Source: Vicinamibacterales bacterium (lineage in GTDB: Bacteria > Acidobacteriota > Vicinamibacteria > Vicinamibacterales > CAVVIG01). Taken from it: a stretch of DNA of 53,972 bases. The stretch's first letter is position 1. Each line of letters begins with the position of its first letter. The DNA is taken from contig DASXIR010000088.1 in NCBI GenBank assembly GCA_036497895.1, forward strand, positions 1 through 53,972, read 5' to 3'. Position numbers and translations under genes: made by a program. Below, piece by piece: positions 24,112-32,979 of the stretch. The notes beneath the pieces were generated by a model. It worked only from the letters and a program-made list of their open reading frames with translations, was not told the DNA's origin and ran no database searches.

Positions 24112-25473
24112 CTATCCTCGAATGATGGCCAGGACTTCGTCCCGCTTTGCGGCCATCATCGCCGCCGTCGTCGCCTCGAGGTTGAGACGGAGCAGCGGCT
24201 CGGTATTCGACGGCCGCACGTTGAAGTGCCAGTCCGGGTAGTCCACCGAGAGGCCGTCGAGCTCGTACTGATTCCCGTCCGCGTACTTGGCCGACAAGGC
24301 CTCGAGCCGCGCCGGCACCACGTCCATGTTCGCCAGCTTGGTGTTGATTTCGCCAGAGATGAAATACCGCTCTGACAGCGGTTGCAACAACTGTTGCAGG
24401 CTCTGGCCCTTCTTCGACATCAACTCGAGCATCAGCAACGCCGGGATGAAGCCGTTGTCGGCGTAAAAATTGTCCCGGAAATAATAATGCCCGGTAACCT
24501 CACCGCCGAAGATCGCGTCGGACTCGCGCATCCGCCGCTTGATGAACGCATGCCCGACCCGGTTCATCAACGCGGTCCCATCGTAGCGGGCGACGATGTC
24601 GCGGACGGCGTAGCTGGCGCGCAGGTCGTAGATGATGGTCGAGCCGGGATGGCGCAGCAGAAACGCCTCCGCCAGCAGCGCGGTGACGAAATCACCCGAG
24701 ACGAATTCGCCGTTGCCGGTGATGAAGAAACAGCGATCGGCGTCGCCGTCCCAGGCGATGCCGATGTCGGCCTTCTCCGCGACCACGCGCTCGACGATGT
24801 GCCGCCGATTTTCTTCGATCAGCGGATTGGCTTCGTGGTTGGGGAAGTTGCCGTCCACGTCGAAGCACATGCGAGTGGTCAGACAGGGAAGGCGATCGAA
24901 CAGCTTCGGCGCCACCAGCCCGGCCATGCCGCTGCCGGCGTCGAGCACCACCTTGAACGGCTTGACGATCGACGGATCGATGAACGACATCACGTGCTCG
25001 ACGTACGGCTCGAGGACGTTCTTCGTCGTCACCTGTCCCCGGCGCGCGGCCGGCGCCGGAATCCGGTCGTTGGCGATCATCTCGCGGATCTCCGACAGAC
25101 CGGCGTCGCCACTGAGCGGCAGCGCTTCCTGCCGGACCATCTTCAGCCCGTTGTACTGCTTCGGATTGTGCGACGCGGTGACCTGTACGCCGCCTTCGAG
25201 ATGATCGGCCGCGACCGCGTAGTAAAGCATGTCGGTCGCCATCATGCCGTAGTCGATGACGTCGGCGCCCTGCGACGTGGCGCCCTCGATGAAGGCCGCC
25301 GCCAGCGCCGGAGAGGAAAGGCGCATGTCGCGTCCGACGCCAATCCTGCCGGCCTTGAGGTAGACGACGAAGGCTGCGCCGATGGCGCGAGCCGACGCCT
25401 CGTTGAACTCGCCCGGGTAAACCGCGCGGACGTCGTAGGCCTTGAAGATGTCTGGGTTGATGGTCACGGACAT
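24112..25473 (-). CDS. phosphomannomutase/phosphoglucomutase (alpha-D-phosphohexomutase)
   Basis: 453 aa. It has the active-site TASHNP, the Mg loop DGDADR and a sugar-binding GGEVTGH-like block. Confidence 0.9.
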   Translation of the reverse strand: MSVTINPDIFKAYDVRAVYPGEFNEASARAIGAAFVVYLKAGRIGVGRDMRLSSPALAAAFIEGATSQGADVIDYGMMATDMLYYAVAADHLEGGVQVTASHNPKQYNGLKMVRQEALPLSGDAGLSEIREMIANDRIPAPAARRGQVTTKNVLEPYVEHVMSFIDPSIVKPFKVVLDAGSGMAGLVAPKLFDRLPCLTTRMCFDVDGNFPNHEANPLIEENRRHIVERVVAEKADIGIAWDGDADRCFFITGNGEFVSGDFVTALLAEAFLLRHPGSTIIYDLRASYAVRDIVARYDGTALMNRVGHAFIKRRMRESDAIFGGEVTGHYYFRDNFYADNGFIPALLMLELMSKKGQSLQQLLQPLSERYFISGEINTKLANMDVVPARLEALSAKYADGNQYELDGLSVDYPDWHFNVRPSNTEPLLRLNLEATTAAMMAAKRDEVLAIIRG

Positions 25474-25482
25474 GGGTGATCG

Positions 25483-26556
25483 CTAGAGCCGGCTGAAATC
25501 GCTGACCACGGACTTGTCGCCGAGCACGACGCCGGCCTCGACGATCGCGTTGCGTCCGATGTGGGCGTGACGGCCGAGAATCGAGTCGCGAACGATCGCG
25601 TCCTGGCTGACGCGGGTATTCGCCCAGACGATCGAGCGCTCGATGACGGCGTGTTCCTCGATGTGACAGTGACGTCCGACCACGGCATACGCGCCGATGC
25701 GCGCGCCGGCCTTGACGACCACACCCTCGTCGATGAAGCACGGGCCCTCGATGACCGCGCCGTCTTCGATTCGGGCATCCGGCGACACCCAGTGGGCATG
25801 CGGGGTGGTGGCGAACGGTGGAATCCCTGCGCCACGATGGCCGACATACCTTGCGTCCATGATGTCGCGGTGGACCTGCATGTATTTGTCCGGCGTGCCG
25901 ATGTCGATCCAGTAGCCGCGGTAGACATACGCGAGGAAGGTTTCGCGGCGCTCGATCAGCGACGGAAAGAAACTGCGTTCGATCGACCACGGCGTATCCT
26001 TGGGAATCCGATCGAAGGTGTCGGGTTCGAGGATGTAGATGCCCGCGTTGATGGTGTCGCAGGTGATCTCGTCGGGGTTCGGCTTTTCGAGAAAGCGCTG
26101 GATGTTGCCGCTTGCGTCGGTCTCGACCAGTCCGTAGGCGGTCGGATTCTCGACCGGCGTCAGCACGATCGTGGCCCTGGCCTTGCGTTCGCGATGGAGC
26201 GCGATGACCGCCGCGAGATCGACTTCCGTCAGCACGTCGCCGTTGAACACGACCACCGATTCGCGCAGCGACTCGCCGGCGTAGCGGACCGCACCCGCGG
26301 TGCCGAGCGGCGCCGGTTCGACCACGTAGCGGATGCCGAGGCCGCTGTCGGCGCCGTCGCCGAAGATCTCTTCAATACGCCTCGGCTGGTAGTTCAGACT
26401 GAGGATGACCTCGTCGATCTCCGGCACCCGCTTGAGCAGATCGAGCTGATAGTGCAGAAACGGCCGATCGAAAATCGGAACGATTGGCTTGGGAGTGTGA
26501 ATGGTCAGCGGGCGCAGGCGCGTGCCTTTGCCTCCTGCGAGCAGAATCGCCTTCAT
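25483..26556 (-). CDS. mannose-1-phosphate guanylyltransferase-type NDP-sugar pyrophosphorylase (NTP-transferase + left-handed beta-helix)
   Basis: The start is the ATG at 26556 (MKAILLAGGKGTRLRPLT). Hexapeptide repeats occupy the C-terminal third. The upstream 64 codons of ORF 25483..26748 overlap divergent pgsA and were rejected. Confidence 0.85.
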   Translation of the reverse strand: MKAILLAGGKGTRLRPLTIHTPKPIVPIFDRPFLHYQLDLLKRVPEIDEVILSLNYQPRRIEEIFGDGADSGLGIRYVVEPAPLGTAGAVRYAGESLRESVVVFNGDVLTEVDLAAVIALHRERKARATIVLTPVENPTAYGLVETDASGNIQRFLEKPNPDEITCDTINAGIYILEPDTFDRIPKDTPWSIERSFFPSLIERRETFLAYVYRGYWIDIGTPDKYMQVHRDIMDARYVGHRGAGIPPFATTPHAHWVSPDARIEDGAVIEGPCFIDEGVVVKAGARIGAYAVVGRHCHIEEHAVIERSIVWANTRVSQDAIVRDSILGRHAHIGRNAIVEAGVVLGDKSVVSDFSRL

Positions 26557-26599
26557 CGCAACTACCGATGTTATCATGTGACCATCCGGTTGTTCCCTC

Positions 26600-27241
26600 A
26601 TGAACCTCCCGAACTCGATCACCATCTCGCGCATCTTTCTCGTGCCGCTGCTGGTGGTGGTGCTGTTGACGAAGTTCGAAGGTCGACAGATTCTCGGTGT
26701 CTCGAAGGAAATTGTCGGGGCCGCGATCTTCGCGCTGGCGTCGCTCACCGACTGGGCCTACGGCTACCTGGCGCGGCGCCGCAAACAGATCACACCACTC
26801 GGTCAGGTCATCGATCCGCTGGCGGACAAACTGCTGATCTCAGCGGCGCTGATTTCCCTGGTCCAGCTCGATCTGGCGCAATCGTGGATGGTCGCGGTGA
26901 TCATCGGCCGCGAGTTCGCGGTCACGACGCTGCGTAGTCTGGCCTATGCGCGCGGCGTGATCATGCCGGCCTCGTCGATGGGGAAGATCAAGATGGTGGC
27001 GCAGATCGTCGCGATTCTGGCGCTGATTCTCTCGCACGGCCAGATCGGCGCCGCGCTCTACCTGCCGCGCACGCTGTACGTGATCGGCCAGGCGGGGCTG
27101 TGGGTCGTGGTGGTGACGTCGCTGGTCTCGGCCAGCGACTATTTCCGCCGGTTCAACCACATTCTCAGCCCGCGCGTCGCCGACTTTCGCGCGCCGCGCG
27201 AGCCGCAGACCGACCGGAAGACCAATCGACGAGCCGGCTGA
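26600..27241 (+). CDS. pgsA: CDP-diacylglycerol--glycerol-3-phosphate 3-phosphatidyltransferase
   Basis: The N-terminus is MNLPNSITISRIFLVPLL. The CDP-alcohol phosphatidyltransferase motif region is TDWAYGYLARRRKQITPLGQVIDPLADKLL. Note Tyr where the second Asp is expected. Confidence 0.85.
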   Translation: MNLPNSITISRIFLVPLLVVVLLTKFEGRQILGVSKEIVGAAIFALASLTDWAYGYLARRRKQITPLGQVIDPLADKLLISAALISLVQLDLAQSWMVAVIIGREFAVTTLRSLAYARGVIMPASSMGKIKMVAQIVAILALILSHGQIGAALYLPRTLYVIGQAGLWVVVVTSLVSASDYFRRFNHILSPRVADFRAPREPQTDRKTNRRAG

Positions 27242-27252
27242 CTACCGCGGCT

Positions 27253-27303
27253 ATCTACTTCGACGGCACTACTTTCGCGGTACTACTTCCGCGGTACTAC
27301 GTA
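27253..27303. repeat. about 3.6 tandem copies of a 14-nt unit (consensus TACTACTTCCGCGG)
   Basis: Read directly: atctacttcgacgg / cactactttcgcgg / tactacttccgcgg / tactacgta. It spans the convergent 3' ends of pgsA and the secreted-protein gene, and the last copies encode its C-terminus ...VVPRK. Confidence 0.5.
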
Positions 27304-28029
27304 GTCGCCGACGAAGATCGCGTCGCGCGATCGCGTGATGCGGGCGAGCGCCGTGGTGGTGCCGGTCGAGACGACCACCGCCTCGCCGATGCTGGTCAGC
27401 GGCAGCCCTTGTCCGACGTTTCGATAGACCGCAAAGCGCGAACCCGCTGCGACGCCCTGTTCGGTGCCGCGATCGATCAGCGCGAAGTCGCCCGCCCCGA
27501 CGATCGATCGACGCTCGCTGCCGATCACAATCTTTCCCATCGCCCCGAAGTCAGGGTCGCCGGCATCGTCCGCATGGTCGGATCCTGACGGCGCCGCAGG
27601 GGGTACGAAGGCTTCGAGATAGTCCCGACGCAGGATTGCTCCGCACAGGTGTTCGATGCTCGCAATCGCAGTCGTTTCGTTGACTGCGACGATGGTGACC
27701 CAGGCAGACGTGACCGCCGTGCCATCCGGGATCCCGCCGAACTCATTGGCGCGACGGACGTAGAAGCGCTCGCCGATCTGGACGTCCGCGCCGGTGCCCC
27801 CGTCGATCACCAGCAGATCGCCGGTGCCGTAGAGGACGCGGTCCATGGTGTCCTGCGCCCCGAGGACGTGGAGCTTGGCAGCCATCCCCGCATTGTTCGT
27901 CGGCGGAGCACAGGCAATCGCCTGTTCGAGTTGGGTAAGCCGCGGCGCGGTCTGTGCCGACGCGACAGCGGCGCTGGCAAGCACGGACGTGAGCGCGGTA
28001 ACGACGATGACGGATCTCTGGCCTCGCAC
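27283..28029 (-). CDS. secreted hypothetical protein with two internally similar beta-rich modules
   Basis: The GTG at 28029 is preceded by AGGAGG 5 nt upstream. The signal-like N-terminus is VIVVTALTSVLASAAVASAQ. Two modules follow the pattern G(T)GDLLVIDGGTGADVQIGERFYV and GAGDFALIDRGTEQGVAAGSRFAV, each ending in ...GDYV/...RDYL. It lies directly downstream of bamD. Confidence 0.55.
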   Translation of the reverse strand: MRGQRSVIVVTALTSVLASAAVASAQTAPRLTQLEQAIACAPPTNNAGMAAKLHVLGAQDTMDRVLYGTGDLLVIDGGTGADVQIGERFYVRRANEFGGIPDGTAVTSAWVTIVAVNETTAIASIEHLCGAILRRDYLEAFVPPAAPSGSDHADDAGDPDFGAMGKIVIGSERRSIVGAGDFALIDRGTEQGVAAGSRFAVYRNVGQGLPLTSIGEAVVVSTGTTTALARITRSRDAIFVGDYVVPRK

Positions 28030-28030
28030 G

Positions 28031-28858
28031 CTAACCTCCTGACGGTTTGACCGGTGCCGGGGGAGCGGCAGATTTGAGCTCGACGATCTTTTTCTGGGCC
28101 AGGACGAGATAGTCACTCTTCTCGAATTCCTCGACCAGTTTTTCGAGATACGGCAGGGCCTCGGCCTCGCGCCGGACCTTGGTGAGCGAATCGGCCAGAC
28201 AGTAGTAAACGGCGTCGCGTCCCGAGAAGCTGGGATCGTCCTTGAGCACCGACTTGAAGCGGTCGATCGCGCCGGGATACCACTTCTGCTGCTTGTAATA
28301 GAAGTAGCCGACGAGGTAGCTCGCCTGACTCAGGCGATCGCGCGCTTCGCGCAGCTTGGCCTGGACCTCGGGCATCAGCTTGCTGGTCGGATACCGGGCG
28401 ACGAAGGTATCGAATTCCTTGATCGCGTCGCGGGTCTCGGTCTGGTCGCGCGCCGCGGCGCGCATCTGCTTGAAATGCGCCATCCCGATCTTGTACTGGG
28501 CGTAGTCGGCGCGCGGGTTGGTCGGATAGAACGACAGGAACTCGCGGAACTCGTTGATCGCGAGGACCAGGCCCTCCGAACTGCCTTCGCCCATGTAGGT
28601 GTCACCGATGCCGAGCTTGGCGTCCGGCCGATACGTGCTCTGGGTGTAGGTTTCGGTGACCTGCTTGAAGAATTCCCGCGCCGTCAGGTACTTCTTCGCC
28701 TTGAGTGCGTCGGTGCCCTTGTCGAACAGATACTTGTCCGGCTCGCTCGTGCCCGCCGGCACCATGGTGCGAGGCGCGGAGGCGCACGCGGCCGTCAGGG
28801 CCAGCAGGGCCACGGCCAAGAACAGACGTCCACGAGCGCCAATTCCTTCGACGTTCAC
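28031..28858 (-). CDS. bamD: outer membrane protein assembly factor BamD (TPR lipoprotein)
   Basis: The GTG at 28858 overlaps the upstream stop as GTGA. It has the lipobox LALTAAC and BamD/YfiO-like TPR blocks (YLFDKGTDALKAKKYLTAREFF, YPTNPRADYAQYKIGMAHF, YYKQQKWYPGAIDRF). Confidence 0.8.
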   Translation of the reverse strand: MNVEGIGARGRLFLAVALLALTAACASAPRTMVPAGTSEPDKYLFDKGTDALKAKKYLTAREFFKQVTETYTQSTYRPDAKLGIGDTYMGEGSSEGLVLAINEFREFLSFYPTNPRADYAQYKIGMAHFKQMRAAARDQTETRDAIKEFDTFVARYPTSKLMPEVQAKLREARDRLSQASYLVGYFYYKQQKWYPGAIDRFKSVLKDDPSFSGRDAVYYCLADSLTKVRREAEALPYLEKLVEEFEKSDYLVLAQKKIVELKSAAPPAPVKPSGG

Positions 28859-29793
28859 AATATGCTCATCAACCACTGATACTCGGCCGTCAGCCCTTCT
28901 TCGAGTCCGACCGTCGGCGTAAATCCCAAATCCTGGCGTGCCAGCGATGTATCCGCGAACGTATGGCGCATGTCGCCCTTCTGTTCCGGATTCGCGGTCA
29001 GAATCGGCGGACGGTTCGCCACGCGCCCGATCAGCTCGAGCACGTGGTTGACGGTGACTCTCGACCCGCCGCCAATATTGTACACGCGGCCAATCGTGCC
29101 CCTGGTCGCCGCCGCAATGGTCGCGCCGACCGCGTCGCCGACAAACGTGAAATCGCGCGTCTGCTCGCCGTCCCCGAAGACGGCGATCGGCTCTCCAAGA
29201 ATGGTCGCACGAAGGAAGCGGTGAAAGCCCATGTCCGGGCGCTGTCGTGGACCGTAAACAGTGAAATACCGTAAAGAAACGGTCGGAACTTCGTAGTTGA
29301 CTGCGTACAGGTGACACAACTGCTCAGCGGCAAGCTTCGAGACACCGTACGGCGAGACCGGCTGCGGCAACGCGTCCTCGCGCATCGGCATCGGCACGTG
29401 ATCGCCGTAGACGGACGAGCTCGATGCGTACACGAAGCGCTCGATGGTTGTTTTCGTGCACGCTTCGAGCAGAACCTGCGTCGCTTCGATGTTGTTCGTC
29501 GTGTAGATCTCGAAGTCGCGTCCCCAGCTCTTGCGCACGCCGGCTTGCGCCGCGAGATGAAATACGTGCGATCGATCAGCGAGCAGCGCCGCGAGATCGG
29601 CGTCCTGGATACGCGACTCGATGAACCGGAAGTTTTTCTGGCTGGCCAGTCCACTGAGGTTGCGTTCCTTGATCGGCCGCGGGTAGTAGTCGGTGAAGCT
29701 GTCGATTCCCACGACGTCCGCGCCCTCGGCGACCAGCCGTTCTGCCAGCGTCGATCCGATGAATCCGGCGGCCCCGGTGACTAGTGCCTTCAC
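28855..29793 (-). CDS. NAD-dependent epimerase/dehydratase (extended SDR; UDP-sugar epimerase/decarboxylase-like)
   Basis: The GTG at 29793 overlaps the upstream stop as GTGA. It has the Rossmann motif VTGAAGFIGS and the catalytic YGVSK. The upstream part of ORF 28855..30405 overlaps two real genes and was rejected. Confidence 0.85.
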   Translation of the reverse strand: MKALVTGAAGFIGSTLAERLVAEGADVVGIDSFTDYYPRPIKERNLSGLASQKNFRFIESRIQDADLAALLADRSHVFHLAAQAGVRKSWGRDFEIYTTNNIEATQVLLEACTKTTIERFVYASSSSVYGDHVPMPMREDALPQPVSPYGVSKLAAEQLCHLYAVNYEVPTVSLRYFTVYGPRQRPDMGFHRFLRATILGEPIAVFGDGEQTRDFTFVGDAVGATIAAATRGTIGRVYNIGGGSRVTVNHVLELIGRVANRPPILTANPEQKGDMRHTFADTSLARQDLGFTPTVGLEEGLTAEYQWLMSIL

Positions 29794-30200
29794 GACAGCA
29801 GGGCCCGGACGCGATCGGGCAGCCGGCATGGCCGACCGGTGCGATCGAGGCTGGCGTGCTCGGTGCTGCCGGTAGCGAGAATCATGACGTCCGAAGATCG
29901 GACGACCTCGTAGGTGAACTGCAGGCGAACGGGAGAAAGCATGGTTCCTGTGGTCCTGATTTCGATGTCGTCGTCGTATTTTGCCGATTCGCGGTAGGCG
30001 CAATGCGCGTCGATCACCGGCAGCGCGAAGCCGTCCGCTTCCATTTCGCGATAGCTCCAGCCGGTGGTGCGCAGCAGGTCGGTACGGCCGACCTCGAACC
30101 AGACGAAGTAGTTGGCGTAGTACACCACGCCCATGTTGTCGGTTTCGGCGTAGCGTACGCGAATCCGCGACACGGATCGGGCGGGCTGTGCCGGAATCAT
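29790..30200 (-). CDS. acyl-CoA thioesterase, YbgC/4HBT (hotdog) family
   Basis: 136 aa. RVRYAETDNMGVVYYANYFVWFEVGRTDLLR is the typical YbgC N-terminal catalytic Asp region. Confidence 0.85.
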   Translation of the reverse strand: MIPAQPARSVSRIRVRYAETDNMGVVYYANYFVWFEVGRTDLLRTTGWSYREMEADGFALPVIDAHCAYRESAKYDDDIEIRTTGTMLSPVRLQFTYEVVRSSDVMILATGSTEHASLDRTGRPCRLPDRVRALLS

Positions 30201-30883
30201 CGAGCGGTTGGCGAGGGGACCGCCGCCACCGCCGCCGCCCTGAGTTCCCGGGCAGCGCGCTCCGGATCCGCACTGTGAAAGATCGCCGAGCCGGCGACGA
30301 TGATGCTGGCCCCGGCCGCGACGACCCGGCCGACGGTCCGCACATCGATGCCGCCGTCGATCTCGATTGGAGCGGCGATGTTGCCCGACCGATCGAGGAC
30401 CGCACGGACGTCGCGGATCTTAGACTCGCTATGCGCGATGAAAGTCTGGCCGCCGAAGCCCGGGTTGACCGACATCACGAGCACGAAATCGACATCGGCG
30501 GCGATGTCCTGAATCATGATCGCCGGTGTCGCCGGGTTCAGCACCACTCCCGCCTGGACGCCGAGCGCCTTGATCGCGTGCACGGTACGGTGCAGGTGAC
30601 GGACCGCTTCGACGTGGACCGAGATCATCGCTGCGCCGGCTTCCGCGAATGCCTCGATGTAGCGGTCCGGTTCCTCAATCATCAGGTGCACGTCCATTGG
30701 CACCGTGACGACGCGCTGCAGGGATTTCATGACCGGCGGACCGATGGTGATGTTGGGGACGAAATGCCCGTCCATCACGTCGACATGAATCAGATCGGCG
30801 CCGCCGCGCTCGACGGCAGCCACCGCATCGCCCAACGCCGCGAAGTCGGCCGACAGAATGGATGGGGCCAGACGGATCGTCAT
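30197..30883 (-). CDS. rpe: ribulose-phosphate 3-epimerase
   Basis: 228 aa. It has the blocks LAPSILSADFA, HVDVMDGHFVPN, MSVNPGFGGQ and EIDGGI. Confidence 0.95.
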   Translation of the reverse strand: MTIRLAPSILSADFAALGDAVAAVERGGADLIHVDVMDGHFVPNITIGPPVMKSLQRVVTVPMDVHLMIEEPDRYIEAFAEAGAAMISVHVEAVRHLHRTVHAIKALGVQAGVVLNPATPAIMIQDIAADVDFVLVMSVNPGFGGQTFIAHSESKIRDVRAVLDRSGNIAAPIEIDGGIDVRTVGRVVAAGASIIVAGSAIFHSADPERAARELRAAAVAAVPSPTAR

Positions 30884-31605
30884 CGGCTGGTCTCGAGCGA
30901 CACGGGTTCGCCTGGGCCAATCTGGAATCCCGCCTGTGGGCTCTGCCGGATCACGATGCCGGCCGCTACGCCCGGATATGGGTTCGAGCCCACGACCGCG
31001 ACTCGGAATCCATGAGCCCGCAGAATCTCGGCGGCGCGGTCGCCGTTCACGCCGATCAGATCCGGCATCAGGTAGCTGGCGCCGCGCTCGCCGCGATTGA
31101 CGAGGAGGGCGACCTGGCCGGCCGCGCTCTTGGCCGGAGGCGTCTGCGCGACGACGATGTCGGGCGCGAAATTCTGGGAACGGATCTCTGACAGGCCGGT
31201 CAGCGTGAGACCGTCCTGTGACACGCGAAGCTGCGCGGTCCGCTCGGTTTCGCCCACCAGGCGCGGGATGGTCGAGGAGCGGGCTCCGGCGCTCAGCCAG
31301 ACACGGAGGCTGCGCTGGCGCCGCGCGGTCGATCCGGCGGCAGGTTCCTGCGCGAGCACGCGACCGGCCGCGATCTTCGGATCGGTACGTCGGCTGTCGT
31401 CGACTTTCAATGCCAGTCCCAGTTCGGTGGCGAGGGCCGCGGCTTCGTTCGCGGTGCGGTTGGTGAGATCGGGCACCTGCACCTCGCGGGTGCGGAGGGC
31501 GATGCGCATGGACGCTGCTGCAAACAGCACGTAGGTGCCGGCCAGTGCGGCAACGAGCGCGACGATTTTTCCCGCGCTCCAGACGCGCGTACCCAGATCC
31601 ATCAA
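30880..31605 (-). CDS. membrane-anchored protein with three PASTA domains and no kinase or PBP domain
   Basis: It has a short N-terminus, one TM helix (IVALVAALAGTYVLFAAA) and three PASTA-like repeats (VQVPDLTNRTANEAA..., STIPRLVGETERTAQ..., YLMPDLIGVNGDRAAEIL...). Confidence 0.75.
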   Translation of the reverse strand: MMDLGTRVWSAGKIVALVAALAGTYVLFAAASMRIALRTREVQVPDLTNRTANEAAALATELGLALKVDDSRRTDPKIAAGRVLAQEPAAGSTARRQRSLRVWLSAGARSSTIPRLVGETERTAQLRVSQDGLTLTGLSEIRSQNFAPDIVVAQTPPAKSAAGQVALLVNRGERGASYLMPDLIGVNGDRAAEILRAHGFRVAVVGSNPYPGVAAGIVIRQSPQAGFQIGPGEPVSLETSR

Positions 31606-31617
31606 CGCTGGATCGTA

Positions 31618-32979
31618 CTACAAGACGCGGCGCTCGAATACCGCGCCGAAGAAGGCGTCGAGCGCATCGCGATGTGGCGCCGTTTTCAGGTGGCCGCGCT
31701 CGTCGACAAGCGAACGAGGCACGCCAGGCGCCGAACTGCGAACGTCGATAGGCGCGAAGGCTGGTGTGGTCGCGAGAAATGCGTCGATCACGCCTTCGTT
31801 CTCGTCAGGTTCGCTCGAGCATGTCGCGTACACCAGCCGTCCACCCGGCGTGACCGCCTCCGCCGCGTTCTGCAGCATCGTCAATGCCGCCGCGGCGAGC
31901 ACCGGAAGATCGGATTCGGTACGGCGCCACTTGATGTCGGGATCGCGCCTGAGCGTTCCCAGCCCCGAGCACGGCGCATCGACGAAGACGAGGTCGAACG
32001 GCGAGGAGAACGGGAGCGAGTGGAGCAGGTCCGACTGCACGATCCGGATGTTGGGGGCGCCACTGTTGACGACCGTCCGCCGCAGCAGATCGACCCGCCG
32101 TTCACGTACGTCGCACGCGACGAGCATTGCGGAATCGTCCATCGCCGCGGCGATGGCGGTGGCCTTGCCGCCGGGGGAGGCGCAGGCGTCGAGCACGCGA
32201 GCCCCGGGCGCAGCGCCCGCCAGAAGCGCGACCAGCTGCGACGCCTCGTCCTGAACGACAAAGGCACCGGCCTCGGCGCCGCCGCCCCGAAGTGGATGCC
32301 CCGACACCACCGTGAGTCCGTCGGGAGCAAAGGCGGCTGGGCTGACGACGACCCCGTCTTCGGCAAGCCGCTCGGTCAGTTCCTCACGCGTGAACCGCAG
32401 GCGGTTGGCCCGGAGCGTGACCACTGCCGGCGTATTGTTGTAGCGGAGCCACCGTTCGGTCGCATCGAAGCCGAGGCGATCGTACCAGCGGGCCACGAGC
32501 CAGCGCGGGTGCGACAGCGCGATGCTGAAATAGTCGAGCACGGCGTCGCGATCGTGCTCACTCTCGGGCCGCGGCGGCAGCGGCAACGCTTTTCGATTTC
32601 GCGACACACTCCGAAGAATCGCATTGACGAAGCCGGTCGCGCTCCGCTTGCCCGCCCTTCTCGTCAACTCCACCGCATCGTCGACCACCGCCGACGCCGG
32701 TACGCGAGTCAAATGCAGCAACTGGTACGTGCTGAGGCGAAGGATCTCGACGACTTCCCGGTCCAGCCGATCGATTGCACGCCTGGAGAACGCGACGATG
32801 AGGTGATCCAGGGCTGCGCGCCAACGCAGCGTTCCCGTCGCGATTTCTGCGACCAGCCCGCGATCGCGGTCGTCGGGCAGTGAAGGACGGGAGGCGGCGA
32901 GCGCGGTCGGCAGGTCGACGTTTCCGGCCGAGACCGCGACCAGGATATCGAACGCCGCGATCCGGGCCGGTGCGATCAT
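31618..32979 (-). CDS. rsmB: 16S rRNA (cytosine967-C5)-methyltransferase
   Basis: 453 aa. It has a NusB-like N-terminal domain, a SAM-binding block (VLDACASPGGKAT) and the catalytic DAPCSG and TCS motifs. Confidence 0.9.
   Translation of the reverse strand: MIAPARIAAFDILVAVSAGNVDLPTALAASRPSLPDDRDRGLVAEIATGTLRWRAALDHLIVAFSRRAIDRLDREVVEILRLSTYQLLHLTRVPASAVVDDAVELTRRAGKRSATGFVNAILRSVSRNRKALPLPPRPESEHDRDAVLDYFSIALSHPRWLVARWYDRLGFDATERWLRYNNTPAVVTLRANRLRFTREELTERLAEDGVVVSPAAFAPDGLTVVSGHPLRGGGAEAGAFVVQDEASQLVALLAGAAPGARVLDACASPGGKATAIAAAMDDSAMLVACDVRERRVDLLRRTVVNSGAPNIRIVQSDLLHSLPFSSPFDLVFVDAPCSGLGTLRRDPDIKWRRTESDLPVLAAAALTMLQNAAEAVTPGGRLVYATCSSEPDENEGVIDAFLATTPAFAPIDVRSSAPGVPRSLVDERGHLKTAPHRDALDAFFGAVFERRVL

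Noticed and set aside
28859-30405. Upstream extensions of the BamD ORF (to 29317) and the epimerase ORF (to 30405), and similarly of ORFs 9712..10068, 21509..21853, 42603..43139, 46642..48798 (part 48508-48798), 51952..52293 and 25483..26748 (part 26557-26748).
   Set aside because: The extensions overlap well-supported upstream genes and are compositionally junk. Internal GTG/ATG starts coincide with signal peptides, lipoboxes, Rossmann motifs or GTGA stop/start overlaps.
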